The notes under the pieces are model-generated. The model did no database searches, was not told the DNA's origin, and saw nothing but the letters and a program-made list of their open reading frames with translations. From the NCBI GenBank assembly GCA_964106645.2, contig OZ067045.1: a DNA stretch of 64,000 nucleotides; one strand, 5' to 3'. Below are positions 35,795 through 49,135 of the stretch, in pieces (within the stretch, counting starts at the first letter, position 1; every line of letters begins with the position of its first letter). Both the position numbers and the translations under genes were made by a program. This DNA comes from Podarcis pityusensis (taxonomy: Eukaryota).

Positions 35795-36188
35795 CAAGGA
35801 CCAATTGAGGGAGTTTGGTATGTTTAGCCTGGAGAAGAGAAGGCTGAGAGGTGACATGATAGCCATCTTCAAATGTCTAAAGGGCTCTCACATGGAAGAT
35901 GAAGCAAACTCGTCTTCCGCTGCTCCAGAGGGTAGGACCTGAATGAATGAATTCAAATCGCAAGAAAGGAGGTTCTGCCTAAACACTAGGAAGACGTTGA
36001 TGATGGTAAGAGCTAATCAACAATGGAATGAACTACGTGGGAAGGTGGTAGGCTCTCCTTCATTGGAGGTTTCTAGACATACGTTGGGGAGCTATCTGTC
36101 AGAGACTCTTTGTGATTCCTGCCTTGCAGAGGATTGGACTAGATGAACCTTGGGGTCCCTTTCAGCTCTAGAATTCTTTGATTCTATG
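35795..36188 (+). mobile_element. CR1 LINE 3' fragment, decayed relative of the large CR1
   Basis: [23 protein letters not shown]...ERRF.LN.RK...VVGSPSLEV matches the ORF2 C-terminus at 48500-48812. Tail attctttgattctatg. Confidence 0.9.
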
Positions 36189-36219
36189 GAATAGCCTTCT
36201 GTATTGGCCTGATGCCAGG

Positions 36220-36400
36220 TACCTTATACTGAGTCAGACCATTGGTCCATACAGCTCAGTATGGTGAGCACTGACTAGCAGCAGTTCTCCAGGATTTTAG
36301 GGAGGGCATCTCTCCCAGACCTACTTGGAGATGCTGGGGATTGAAGCTAGGACCTTTTGCATGCAAACCAGATGTTCTAGCACTGAGCCACAGCCCTCCC
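36220..36400 (-). mobile_element. Squam2-like SINE
   Basis: cttatactgagtcagaccattggtcc ... ggaccttttgcatgcaaaccagatgttct. Confidence 0.75.
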
Positions 36401-37696
36401 CCAAGGCCCAGAGGTTTGCCTGGCATGAACAACTAGGATCTTGCCCCGGGTGTCGAAATAACTACTTACAACACTGTACTAACTAAATATATATTGGCAA
36501 TGATTATATGATGATTAATGTTAGAATGCCTAACCTCTCTTTCCCAGAGCAGGTATCATGCAACCCAAAGAACCTGTGCATCCAAACTGATACTGATTAG
36601 TTCGTACATAATAAATTATCCCAAAGCAACCTTTGACGCCACACATCCCCTAACACTTTAAAATTAAAACTAAATTCAATTTAAAGGAAGGGGGGGAGGG
36701 AAACGCTCCTGCAAACCATTTTTCCCTTAAATTAATCTTCAATGAACTTGCCGTTTTGGCCTTCCCGCTGGATGCAGATAATCAATCTTGACATGGGGAA
36801 CGGAAGCCCTTGCAAGGAAGTAGAATTAGAGCAGGGATCTGAGGCAGCAACATGAAAAGAGATATTATCAGTATTTTATTAGGAACAATTAAGCTAATAC
36901 TCAATTAGTTTCCATCCCCGAAGCCAAATGACAGATCGGAAAACAAAGAACGAGCCCCCGACAAGGTGTTCATTTTCTAATAAATGGCCAGTGCGACGAA
37001 TCATTTATTGGTGTTTTGCCCCCCGGTCAAAGTCTCTGGGTGACCTGCCTAGTGCGAGGCGATGGTGCTGGCCAGATGCCAACATTAACTGTACTTATTA
37101 CACTCATCCCATGCAGAACGCATCCATCTCTGGCTCAGCTCTGACATCCCATTTATTCCAAGATTCATTTGTCATGTCCCCCAATCACCAAAATGAATAG
37201 AAACTTCCCAGCATGATGGATTGCAGTCCTAATTAGGAGTAAAGACAAGATCTACACTCAAGTAGGGTTTTCTCTCTCCCTCTCCCTCTCCGGCACTCTT
37301 TCTTCTAATACAAAAAGGGTGCCCAGCCAATGTCCTTCTGAAGTGCCCGGATGCTCTAGGTCAATGGGTCGTCAAGGAGCTGTCACCCTCCCATAAAAGC
37401 TTGATTTCCCTGCATCAGAAACACTTTCCAAGGGGGAAGGAACCATTGGACACACATTTTCCCCCAGACGTAGGATTTCTCATGGGTAAGACATTAATAG
37501 AGAGAGAGAGGAATGGAATCATGTTAACACTATTGAAGTCCATCACATGCTCCCCAAGGCTGTGTAATCAGGCTGGGAAAAGACTCTACCAGTCAGTATA
37601 GATAATGTTGAGCTCGAAGGACCATTGCACAGCTCATATCTCCTTTCAAAGCTCTGCCCTCCCCACCAGGGACCAGTACTTGCAATGAGAAGAGTA

Positions 37697-37897
37697 TAGG
37701 AATGTAGGAAGCTGACTTACACCGAGTCAGACCATTGGGGTCCATCTAACTCAATTTTTCCTGTACTGACTGGAAGCAGCTCTCCGAGATTTCAGACAGG
37801 GCTCTTCTCCCAGCCTTACCTGGAGATGCCTGAGATTGAACTTGTGACCTTCTGCATGCAAAAACACTTGCTTTACCACTGAGCTGCATCCTTTCCC
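37697..37897 (-). mobile_element. Squam2-like SINE
   Basis: gagtcagaccattgg ... accttctgcatgcaaaaacacttgctttaccactgagctg. Confidence 0.78.
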
Positions 37898-39229
37898 TGG
37901 CATGGATATATGCAATGATGTCATTTTGTATCATATGAATGAAAATATCACACACATACACCATATTCATTACACAAGTATGAACATCCATAGCATAAAC
38001 GAATACGAATTTGGAACACACATTAATATCTAAATTAATCCCAAGGTGGTCTCTGCTTTCCCAACACCTTTTGCTCATTACAACATCTTGTATCAAAAAG
38101 TGGCCATAAACCTTCTATTGATGGCAAAGAGCTTTTAAAAATGTGAAAATTCAAGGGTGAGACCTCCAAGGAGGCATAATATTTTATGTCTTAATTTATG
38201 GGAAGAAAGACTCCTCTTGTTGCCATTAATATAATAATAAAAAAATGGCAATGTCTTCCCTTGTGCAAAGCCTTTGCTTATTTTAAGCACTCTCACAAGC
38301 CCCTTTGGCTCCAGAACAGGTTTGCATTATGGAGCTACAAATCAAAGAAACTGGGATTTTAAAAAAGAAAACTTGGAATGGGTCTGACCAGAAATGCAAG
38401 GCAGAACTACACATTGCATTATTTTATTACTTACTAACAGTGTTTACATGCCACCCAGTAACAAGTGTTTCTTGGAGGGGTAGTGAAAGCATTGAAACTC
38501 ACCAAAAATCACAGAAAAATAAAAATGAATATATGAATTCCAGGGTACAAATTTCAGAAGCATTGTGTGAAGCAGCACAGAGCAATAGATGCCATCACTA
38601 AATAGAGGAAAAGCTATAACCCATCTAAAATTCAATGGATGCAAAGTCTCACAATAAAGCTGGAAGTAAAAGGGTGGGCAGAGGGGAAGACCTTACACTG
38701 GAAATACCACAAGGAAGGTCTTAGGCAGGTCACTCTTGCCTGGGAGGTCATTCCGTAACTAGGATGCCACTACTGAGAAGGTCCAAGGTGTCACAAACTA
38801 GGATACCTTAAAAGAGGACTGGGCAGATTCATAGATGATGATTCATCAGTAGCTACAAGCCATGATGTCTATTTTTCACAGAGAGTGCTGTTGGGCTGTT
38901 TTTGGACTTCCCATGGGTATCTGACAGGCGACTGTAGGGGTGCATTCAGACATGAATAACATTGTGTTAGTTTTTCTTATTATAATGCTATTGCTTCTGT
39001 CTCATCTCCTAATATTCCTTTTCCACTGCAGTACCTGGAATTATGGCTTTTTGACCAAGTACACTGGCCCAACTCACTAAATTTCATTCATACCGGGTGG
39101 GGGGGAGTGTGGCACAACAATGGCCATCATTGAACGATGCTGCTAGCTTCCTACCCTTCCCACACATGAATGCTTCTGTTCCTTCATGATTCCCATGAGA
39201 GAAAAAGGAGGAAATAAGTGTATTTAGCA

Positions 39230-39627
39230 GCTGCCTCTTCCCATATGAACCTACCTGGTCCCTGAGATCATCTTTTGAGGCCCTCCTTCGTGTGCCTCCT
39301 CCTTGAGGGGTCCGGAGGGTGGCAACGCGAGAACAGGCCTTCTCTGCAGTGGCTCCCCATCCATGGAATGCTCTCCCCAGGGAAGTTCACCTGGCCCTTC
39401 ATTATACACCTTTAGGCACCAGACAAAAATGTTCCTTTATAACCAGGCCTTTGGTTGATCTTATTGATGTCCAACACCCTTTTAGAATGTGCCTTTTGGG
39501 GAGCAGGGGTTATTGGGTTACTGCTTTTAGTTTGATTTTTTTTATATGTTGTGATGTTGTTGTGAGCCGCCCTGAGATCTCTGGGTATAGGGGGGTGTAT
39601 AAGTTGAATAAATAATAATAATAATAC
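39230..39627 (+). mobile_element. L2 LINE 3' fragment
   Basis: ATREQAFSAVAPHPWNALP (L2 C-terminal AFS..AP..WN.LP motif) with an (AAT)n tail. Confidence 0.85.
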
Positions 39628-42027
39628 CATCTCAAATTTTGTCATTTTGCAGTGTCAGTTTTCTGGGTGGTGGGGGGCAGCAATCATGTTTTTTTTCCTG
39701 AATCAAATAGTATGGAAATGAACACTAAAGATGTGTTATATTCCATTGGTTGTCCAAAAGCGGCTTTTACATCATGTTAAAGGTCAAATATAATATGGAA
39801 ATTAACAGGGAAATGCAAGGGAAATGGAATAAATTGCTGTAGGAATACTGGATGTTATGTCATCTGAAGGTTCTGGGGAGGAAACAGGAGGAAAAGAAAG
39901 AAAGAGGGGATAAACTGCTATCTATAAGCACCCCTAGTTCTGAATGCTGTTCTGAATGTTGGTGTTCACTATGGAGGAACAAACAGCCTTTCATTCTCCT
40001 GGTATGGGCTTGTACTACAAAGGATCACCCTCCTTTTAGTTTCCGCTCTACATCCTGCTGCAAGCTCTCTTTTTAAAAGAACAAGAGATATCCAGGTATT
40101 TGCTTCATGGACAGGACGTGATCTTTGCTCTCATTTCTTCCTCCTTTAGGTAACTTTGCATCTTCGCCTCTAAGGGTATGCATTTTGTCCCTCTATCTGT
40201 CTTAACTACAATTGGCCAGATTTTGGCAAAATTTAAAGGATGAGCCAAATGAACTGATTTAGTCTGAATATACCCTAAAAGCAAAATCCTGAAAACCACT
40301 TTCAAAGCAATCTTTCTGCTTCTGCGAAGATGGATAATTTAATCTTCGTCATTGGCCTGTCTCTGTCAAAGAGAACAATGGATAGTCTATTCACAACTGA
40401 TGACTATATAGAAATTAATATTAGTAAAAGGTGTCCATTTAGTGTCTCACCTTCTGTGCTAAAGGTGACAGGTGTGATGGATGCCTCCCCAGACAATGGA
40501 TTTATCTTTAAAATGGGGTAATTACACAGGGGATGCATGGTTGACATAATGACATTGTGGTTTTATATTAATAAAGGAAAGAAAGAATCCTCCTCCAAGC
40601 AGAAGACAGTATGGTCAAGCCAAGTCATATTCTTGACTGTGTAAGGGTGAAATTTTGTAACTTTAGTAAAAAATAATAACTGTTTCCTTTGTGTGTGCAT
40701 ATATAACAGGTTCTTTCTCATGCATTGTCATTGCCACTGGGCTAAGTTCAAGGTGTTAGTGCTGGTGTATGAAGCTTGAGATCAAGGTGCCTAAAAGTTT
40801 GTCTTGTCCTTTATATATCCAACTGATCACTGCAGTCTGTGGGAGAGGGCATCTTACAGATGCCATAGCACCAGAAGATCCTGTCTGCTTGAGAGGCAGA
40901 ATCAGGCCATAAGTGAGATGGCACCTACCCTCCTGTTACGTATCAAGACAGGTGCTGCCTCTGTCGTTTTATTGGCTTTTGTTGGAGATCTTTTTGCTTC
41001 AACAAATCTTCTAAATGAATATTTTTTATGCCAGCCAATATCTGCATCAGATTTGAAATGGTTCTTAGAAATGCAATTGTTTTCAACTGTTTTTATATAT
41101 CCAGTTCTTTTAGGGTATTGCAAATTTGCTTCGGGTTGTTTCGTAGGAAGCAATTCAGAAATGAAGTCAGTCAAACCTTCCTAGTGTTTCAGGAACTGCT
41201 GAGGTTAGAAGGACCATAACTCAATAGTTCAGCTTCTGCTTTCCATGGGTCCTAGTTTCAACTCCAGGTACGCCTGGGAAAGACAACCCCCACCTCTGCT
41301 TTGAAACCAGCCTGAATGAACTTCAAATTGGGCAGGGGGAGCGTCCCCGATGCTTCCACAGCTCCTTCTGGTGGTCCATACCATCTGGAGAACACTGGGT
41401 ATTCAAAGGCTGGATTAAGCCGGGTTGGAAATTACTGCGACTTCCCATGAGCCTTTGGGACGAAGTGGGATTATTTTTGGGGGGGTGGATCTTATGAAAC
41501 AATAATATACACAGGACATATGAGACTTATGGTGCATTCAGACATGGGGAATTGTGTTCGTTTTCTTGGTTATGATAATAGCACTTGTGTTCTCTTTTCT
41601 AATGTTCCTTTCATACTGCAGTATCTGTTGTTTTATGAAATGGTGACTGATACACTGGCACGACATGTTCAGTTTAATTCACAGCAGTGGGTGTGGTGTG
41701 ACACAGCAACCAAGGTCTTTCGACAACATCACCGTTCCCCACCCCCTTCTCACAAGTGTGTGCTTATGTTCCGCCATGATGGCCCCATGAAAACAGCAGG
41801 AAAGAACTGTATGCCAGTATACTGCCCCAAATTTTGTCACTTTACTCCCACAATTTCCCGGGTTAGGGGGGCTGCATATTCCATTAACTTTCTGGAACTG
41901 TCTTTTATGTCTTGGGAAAGCTCAAATACAATGCAAAAAATAACAGTTGTGGAAACGTTGGTGAAATAGAATAAACTGCCATATGAATGCAGCCTCACTG
42001 GCACCTGCTGTTATTTGTACCAATAAA

Positions 42028-42174
42028 NNNNNNNNNNNNNNNNNNNNNNNNNNNNNNNNNNNNNNNNNNNNNNNNNNNNNNNNNNNNNNNNNNNNNNNNN
42101 NNNNNNNNNNNNNNNNNNNNNNNNNNNNNNNNNNNNNNNNNNNNNNNNNNNNNNNNNNNNNNNNNNNNNNNNNN
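42028..42174. other. Assembly gap (147 N)
   Basis: Run of N. Confidence 1.
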
Positions 42175-42987
42175 GGGAAAATACAGCCATCACTGGGATT
42201 ATGAACAAGCTGATCTTCATTTAATTCCCTCTGCAGTCACCACAGAATAAATGCCTGATAATTATCCGCCCCCAGGTGCTGTGATCAGAAATATTCTATT
42301 TAATGTCTCAGCCATATCGTCAGGAAGGCATCTTATAAATAGCTGTTGATTTCCCTGTTCATGCAAATAATCTTTTTGCAGGGAAAGAGCTTCTTAGAGA
42401 GTAGAAGTACCACCTCTCTCCTCAAATTCCATTTCAGATGTTTGATTCCCAAGGGAAAAGGAATTGGATCACATCAGGAAGGAAAGGAAAGAGGAGGGGT
42501 GGGGGGAACTGCGGGCTAGATTAAGGATGTTATAATAATATTCCTTTGTTCAGCATCTGCGTGCTGGAGAGATTACACAATCTTTGCCCGATCTCGGTTG
42601 AGGGGATTTGAAACTACTTGTCGACAATCTTGAGACTGGATGAAAGGAACATACAGTCCTTTCTCGTGTCCCCCATGCTGACCTCTCTGGGTTCAGAACA
42701 GCAGCTAGAATTCATGAGCCCCTTTTCACCATTCAGTTTCGTATGTAGTCAAAACATGCTGCAGTAACACTCTTGGGCACACTGGGAAATGCAAACTTCT
42801 GAAAATGTATCCAGTATAGCATATGCCAGGAAAACTATAAAACTACTTCCAAGCTGTGACTCCAGCTTGAGGAAGAGACTGAGGCTCCATCCGCACTATG
42901 CATTTAAAGCTTTAAACAGTCATGGCTTCCTCCACAGAATCCTGCAAAATGTGTGTGTGTGCGCGCCTCAGCTGCAAATAGCACTAA

Positions 42988-43317
42988 AGGTACATTCACA
43001 CCCTACATTAAGTCACTATCATCTCACTTTAAATAGTCATGGCTTCCCCCAAAGAATTCTGGGAGATGTAGTTTGTTAAGAGTGCTGAGAGGTGCTTTAA
43101 GACTCCTATCCTCCTCCCAGAGCTTCAGTTCCCAGAGTGGTTCAACAATCAGTGCCTCTTTCACAGAGTCTGGGAGTTGTAGTTCTGTGATTGGAACAGG
43201 TCTTCTCACAACTCTCTGTGCCCTTAACAAACTACAGTTCCCAGAATTCTTTGGGGTAAAGTCCTTGCTGTTTAAAGTGGTATCCTGGTGCTATAAATGT
43301 ACAGTGTGAATGTGGCC
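42988..43317. mobile_element. Palindromic PIF/Harbinger-like MITE
   Basis: Ends aggtacattcacac and gtgtgaatgtggcc, TAA on both flanks (42985-42987 and 43318-43320), and long inverted arms. A partial extra end lies at about 42882-42945. Confidence 0.8.
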
Positions 43318-44102
43318 TAAATTTGGAAACGTCTGCTCTTAATTCTGACAGTGCACACACTCCCTTAGGCAATGTCATTATGTTATTTGGGTTTTGTTTG
43401 TTAAAGAAGAAAGGTTTACAATATTGTAAACCTTTCTTCTTTAACAACAATAAAGATTCCAGACCATAACGACACTGCCTGAGGGAGAAAAGGGAGGTTG
43501 TGGGGGGATATATTAGTAGGAAATTTGCCGACCACTTTTAACAAGGAGGAACATGTTGAGATGAGTGAGACAATGCATACCAAATGAATTTAAGCAAACT
43601 ATTAAGAGAAGCCAGCCAATATTTTTTCTTCCCTCCCCTTTTTGCAATGTGTTTGTCCAATTGCAAACAAGGCACATACGAACCTTCCCCAATTCCAATC
43701 TCCTGGAGAAGAGCCACTTCACTGGATGCTGCCAATGATTAACATGTCAGGCGTGCAATTTCCGTTTGCAGAAGACTGACGCCAAAGCACATGTGCTGGT
43801 GGGTGTGAGAGGTTCCAGCAGGGATGGAGGGCTATGTAAAAGGTTTGCATATGATGGGCACCTTTAGGGATTGGAGAGAAATTGCATGATGGGCCTATGT
43901 AGCTATCCTTTGAAATATATGTTTCTCCGAATTTTGCAATGAAGTTCTCTGACACCCAAAATGCGTATAAAAATGTATATGTAACAGGGGATGTGTGCCT
44001 ACAAATGCATGTATTACTGAAAAAAGCTCCCACACAATACATTGATTTGATTTATTACCTGCCCTTCACAGGGCGGGTCACTGCAATGCAAAAAATACAA
44101 TA

Positions 44103-44328
44103 CAGTGGTACCTCGGGTTAAGTATTTAATTCGTTCTGGAGGTCTGTACTTAACCTGAAACTGTTCTTAACCTGAAGCACCACTTTAGCTAATGGGGCTT
44201 CCTGCTGCCGCCACACCATCGGAGCACGATTTCTGTTCTCATCCTGAAGCAAAGTTCTTAACCCGAGGTACTATTTCTGGGTTAGCAGAGTCTGTAACCT
44301 GAAGCGTATGTAACCCGAGGTACCACTG
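44103..44328. mobile_element. Tc1/mariner (Tigger-like) MITE, copy 2
   Basis: Perfect 18-bp TIR cagtggtacctcgggtta, with TA TSD at 44101-44102 and 44329-44330. Confidence 0.93.
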
Positions 44329-44464
44329 TATTAAAAACCAGTTACAACTCTTCATCCATCTCTTTCTTACACAGAGAGGCATGCAGCCTCCCCACTCTTT
44401 TTTCACACACACCTTTACCCCCTCTCACACATACAAATATTTCCTCTTTTTGCCCTCTCGCCTT

Positions 44465-44511
<47 letters not shown>

Positions 44512-45606
44512 CTTCCAACACAATGTGGCCCAAATCTGGGATGCCATCTCCTGGGTCAGAATTCCTGCACAGGTCATGTAACCAACACGAGATTGCGGGC
44601 GCAGAAAAAACACTTTTTCTGGAGTGAGATCTCAGCCCAAAATTGCACGAGAGAAAGACACCTAAAATGGCCCTGTGCTGGATGTCCCAGTTTTTCTGTG
44701 GCAGTTGATGGGTATGCACTTCCACACAGACACACACACACAAAATACTTATCCACCCCCCCTCTCTTTCACACACATACACTTTAATCTCCCCACAGAG
44801 TTCCCAACACAGCCAATATGATGCTTCCATGTTTGTGAGAAGGTTAAAGTCTTGATTTACCAGAGGCATGAGTGCAGTGATGCTTTGTATATCAGAATTT
44901 CTGGAGTGTGGAGACTTTAACTACCACCACCCCAAAATCCTGATGCAGCCAAGGAAGGAGCACCATGACCAACAAGATCTATGAGAAGACTGTTCAGGCA
45001 AATGCTAATTTCCCCTCCCTGCAGAGTTCTTATTGGAGGGGAGTAGGAGAAAAGGTAGCTCTGTTTCGAACTATCCCTGGCCTGTAACCTGACCTTCAAT
45101 TTCCAGGGATGATTTTACTGGCAAGGACATGGAGCATGCCCTCCTCCTTCACATTGTTGTTGCTTCTGTCCCACAGAAGTGTACAGAGGTAATGAATGGA
45201 CAGAGAATGCGACAAGCTCTCCCAATTCCACAGCTATTTGTTTTGCTCAGAGTACGGAAATAACCCACCACAGGAGCCCAGACCTTGCTGGCAGCTTGGA
45301 AGCCATGATTGTGCAAAATCTGTCTGAAATGCAAACATCTGGTATTCTCATTATACCAAGCTTACTCCTTCTACAGGGACTAGAAATGTATCTCCAGGAG
45401 GGAACAAGTTTAAGATGTTGCAACAGCCCATTCTTTGTACACAGAACATAAAGGCAAATTTCTAGATGGAGACACATACATGCTCTCCCTCCTGCATGTC
45501 CACAAGTGTCATTTAGAATTGCACTGGAGCCACCAAACAAAGAAAGGAAAATCTATCTTGCTGGGATGAAAAGCAGAGATCTCATGTTCACCCTATTTGC
45601 CCACAT

Positions 45607-45918
45607 AGCAATAGCCTCCAGAAGATCAAAAGAGACTACGAGGCTCTGGGCAGGAAATTGAAGCAATTAAATGCACAAATTGTCATCTCATCTGTCCTCC
45701 CAGTTGAACGACGTGGCCCAGGGAGAAAGGGAAAAATAGTGGAAGTGAACAGCTGGCTTCGCAAATGGTGTAAACAGGAACGGTTTGGATTCTTAGATCA
45801 CGGACTGCAGTTTCTTGAAGATGGACTTCTTGCAAGCGATGGGCTGCACCTCAGAACGGTTGGGAGGAATGTTTTTGCCAAAAATCTCAGAAACCTCATC
45901 AGGAGGGCTTTAAACTGA
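45607..45918 (+). CDS. CR1 ORF1 C-terminal fragment, SGNH/GDSL esterase domain (no start, 5'-truncated)
   Basis: SNSLQKIKRDYEALGRKLK...SSVLPV...VNSWLRKWC...GFLDHG...SDGLHL, where DxxH is SGNH block V. CR1 ORF1 is known to carry an esterase domain. Confidence 0.85.
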   Translation, partial: SNSLQKIKRDYEALGRKLKQLNAQIVISSVLPVERRGPGRKGKIVEVNSWLRKWCKQERFGFLDHGLQFLEDGLLASDGLHLRTVGRNVFAKNLRNLIRRALN

Positions 45919-45923
45919 CTAAT

Positions 45924-48812
45924 GTGGGGGAGGGAGACAGTGCTCCTGAAGGTAGGAGTCTATCAATTGATGAAGATGATCATCCAAATGTCATAGACCA
46001 AATGGAGCAAACAGCACGCAGACCTAGTGGTGGGAGGAAAAAATCCTCAAATAAGAGACACGGGGGAATGATTAATGGACTTCAATGTCTGTACACTAAT
46101 GCGCAAAGCATGGGAAATAAACAAGATGAGCTTGAGCTCTTGGTACAGCAAACTAAATATGACATAATAGGCATCACTGAAACCTGGTGGGATAAGTCCC
46201 ACAATTGGAATGTAATAATGGAGGGATACAATCTATTTCAGAGAAACAGACCAGACAAGAAAGGAGGAGGAGTGGCGATATATGTCAGGGATGTGTATAC
46301 CTGTGAAGAGATCCAAGATTTAGAACCTCAAAGCCAAAGTGAGAGCATTTGGGTCAAAATTAAGGGAGAGAAGAATAACAGTGACCTCATTGTGGGAGTT
46401 TACTATAGATCCCCAAGCCAAAAGGAGGACATAGATGATGCCTTCCTGGAACAGATGGCCAAGCATACAAAAGGAAGGGAGATAGTAGTAATGGGGGACT
46501 TCAATTACCCGGATATTTGTTGGATGTCAAACTCAGCCAAGAGCATAAGGTCAAACAGATTCCTCACTGGCCTTGCAGACAACTTCATTGTCCAGAAAGT
46601 GGGAGAAGCAACAAGAGGAACAGCCATTTTAGATCTGGTCCTAACCAATGTTGATGACCTGGTTAGTGGGGTAGAAGTGGAAGGATCATTAGGCGCGAGT
46701 GATCATGCTCTTCTGAAGTTTACTATACAGCGGAAAGGAGCAGCCAAGCATACTAGGACTCAATTTCTTGACTTTAAGAAAGCCGACTTCATAAAACTTA
46801 GGGAAGTGCTGGGTGAGATCCCATGGACAGTAATACTAAAAGGAAAGGGAGTTCATGATGGCTGGGAGTTTGTTAAGAGGGAGATACTAAAAGCACAACG
46901 TCAGGCAATACCAATGAGACGGAAACATGGAAGGTGCCTAAGGAAGCCAGGGTGGCTATCTAAAGAACTTTTAACTGAGTTAAGATTAAAAAAGGATGTG
47001 TACAAAAAATGGAAAAGGGGGGAAACCACCAAAGAGGAATTCAAACAAATAGCCAGCACGTGTAGACACAAAGTCAGAAAAGCTAAAGCACAGAATGAAC
47101 TCAGGCTTGCTAGAGAGGTTAAAAGCAACAAAAAAGGCTTTTATGGGTATGTTCGTAGCAAAAGGAAGAACAAAGAAACAGTGGGGTCACTCAGAGGAGA
47201 AGATGGTGAAATGCAAACAGGGGACACAGAAAGGGCTGAACTCCTCAATGCCTTCTTTGCCTCAGTCTTCTCCGATAAAGAAAACAATGCCCGACCTGAA
47301 AAATTTGGAGCAAATAAGGAGATAGTACAAGAATACTTGGCTAGTTTATATGTATTCAAGTCTCCAGGGCCAGATGAACTGCATCCAAGAGTATTAAAAG
47401 AACTGGCAGATGTGATCTCAGAACCACTGGCAGTCATCTTTGAGAATTCCTGGAGAACAGGCGAAGTCCCGGCAGACTGGAGGAGGGCAAATGTTGTCCC
47501 TATTTTCAAAAAGGGGAAAAGAGAGGACCCAAATAATTACCACCCAGTCAGTCTGACATCAATACCAGGGAAGATTCTGGAGTAGATCATTAAGCAAACA
47601 GTCTGTGAGCACCTAGAAAGGAATGCTGTGATCCCCAATAGTCAGCATGGATTTCTGAAAAATAAGTCATGTCAGACTAACCTGATCTCGTTTTTTGACA
47701 GAATTACAAGCCTGGTAGATGAAGGGAACGCAGTGGATGTAGCCTACCTTGATTTCAGCAAGGCATTTGACAAGGTGCCCCATGATATTCTTGTAAAGAA
47801 GCTGGTAAAATGCGGTCTTGACTATGCTACCACTCAGTGGATTTGTAACTGGCTGACTGACCGAACCCAAAGGGTGCTCATCAATGGTTCCTCTTCATCC
47901 TGGAGAAGAGTGACTAGTGGGGTGCCACAGGGTTCTGTCTTGGGCCCGGTCTTATTCAACATCTTTATCAACGACTTGGATGATGGACTCAAGGGCATCC
48001 TGATCAAATTTGCAGATGACACCAAACTGGGAGGGGTGGCTAACAGCCCAGAGGACAGGATCACACTTCAAAACAACCTTGACAGATTAGAGAACTGGGC
48101 CAAAACAAACAAGATGAATTTTAACAGGGAGAAACGTAAAGTATTGCACTTGGGCAAAAAAAATGAGAGGCACAAATACAAGATGGGTGACACCTGGCTT
48201 GAGAGCAGTACATGTGAAAAGGATCTAGGAGTCTTGGTTGACCACAAACTTGACATGAGCCAACAGTGTGACGCGGCAGCTAAAAAAGCCAATGCAATTC
48301 TGGGCTGCATCAATAGGAGTATAGCATCTAGATCAAGGGAAGTAATAGTGCCACTGTATTCTGCTCTGGTCAGACCTCACCTGGAGTACTGTGTCCAGTT
48401 CTGGGCACCACAGTTCAAGAAGGACACTGACAAACTGGAACGTGTCCAGAGGAGGGCAACCAAAATGGTCAAAGGCCTGGAAACGATGCCTTATGAGGAA
48501 CGGCTAAGGGAGCTGGGCATGTTAAGCCTGGAGAAGAGGAGGTTAAGGGGTGATATGATAGCCATGTTCAAATATATAAAAGGATGTCACATAGAGGAGG
48601 GAGAAAGGTTGTTTTCTGCTGCTCCAGAGAAGCGGACACGGAGCAATGGATCCAAACTACAAGAAAGAAGATTCCACCTAAACATTAGGAAGAACTTCCT
48701 GACAGTAAGAGCTGTTCGACAGTGGAATTTGCTGCCAAGGAGTGTGGTGGAGTCTCCTTCTTTGGAGGTCTTTAAGCAGAGGCTTGACAACCATATGTCA
48801 GGAGTGCTCTGA
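45924..48812 (+). pseudogene. CR1 ORF2 (apurinic endonuclease + reverse transcriptase) with one in-frame stop
   Basis: APE motifs YTNAQS, GITETWW, GGGVA, MGDFNYPD, LDLVL, SDH. RT motifs [29 protein letters not shown]. Track ORFs 45924-47585 and 47628-48812 are in the same frame, separated only by TAG at 47583-47585 (expected GKILEQII). The start position is uncertain. Confidence 0.95.
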
Positions 48813-49135
48813 TGGTGTTTCCTGCTTGGCAGGGGGTTGGACTCGATGGCTCTTGTGGTCTCTTCCAACTCTATGATTCTATGATTCTGTGCCCCACTAG
48901 AGTTATTGTGCTGTCATGCCAGGCTGACTGTTGAGGAAGCATTGCCCGCACATTTGCCTCCTCAATGATACCATTATTAGCCATTGGGCTAAGTTCAAGG
49001 TGCTGTTACTGTGTGTAAAAGCCCTATGTAGTTGTGCCGAGATACCTAAAACATCGCTCCAACGATACACCCAACCAATAACTCCATTCTGTAGCAGTGG
49101 TCCTCCTTCACTTTGATCTGAGCCATAAGACCTCC

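Larger units (their letters stand above)
45607..48888 (+). mobile_element. CR1 LINE, about 3.3 kb, 5'-truncated within ORF1, young
   Basis: ORF1 tail, then ORF2 (APE + RT), a short 3'UTR and the (ATTCTATG)n octamer tail diagnostic of CR1. No clear TSD. Confidence 0.96.

Noticed and set aside
47583-47585. Programmed stop read-through between the APE and RT halves
   Set aside because: The stop falls inside a conserved RT-proximal motif (GKILE[Q]II), and CR1 ORF2 is a single frame. A C>T mutation or sequencing error is the simple explanation.
46901-48868. Antisense and alternate-frame ORFs over the CR1
   Set aside because: They are shadow ORFs of the long RT frame, with no independent motifs.
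45597-48900. TSD for the large CR1 (tgcccacatag versus tgccccactag)
   Set aside because: The match needs two indels in 11 bp, which is too imperfect for so young an element. Not claimed.
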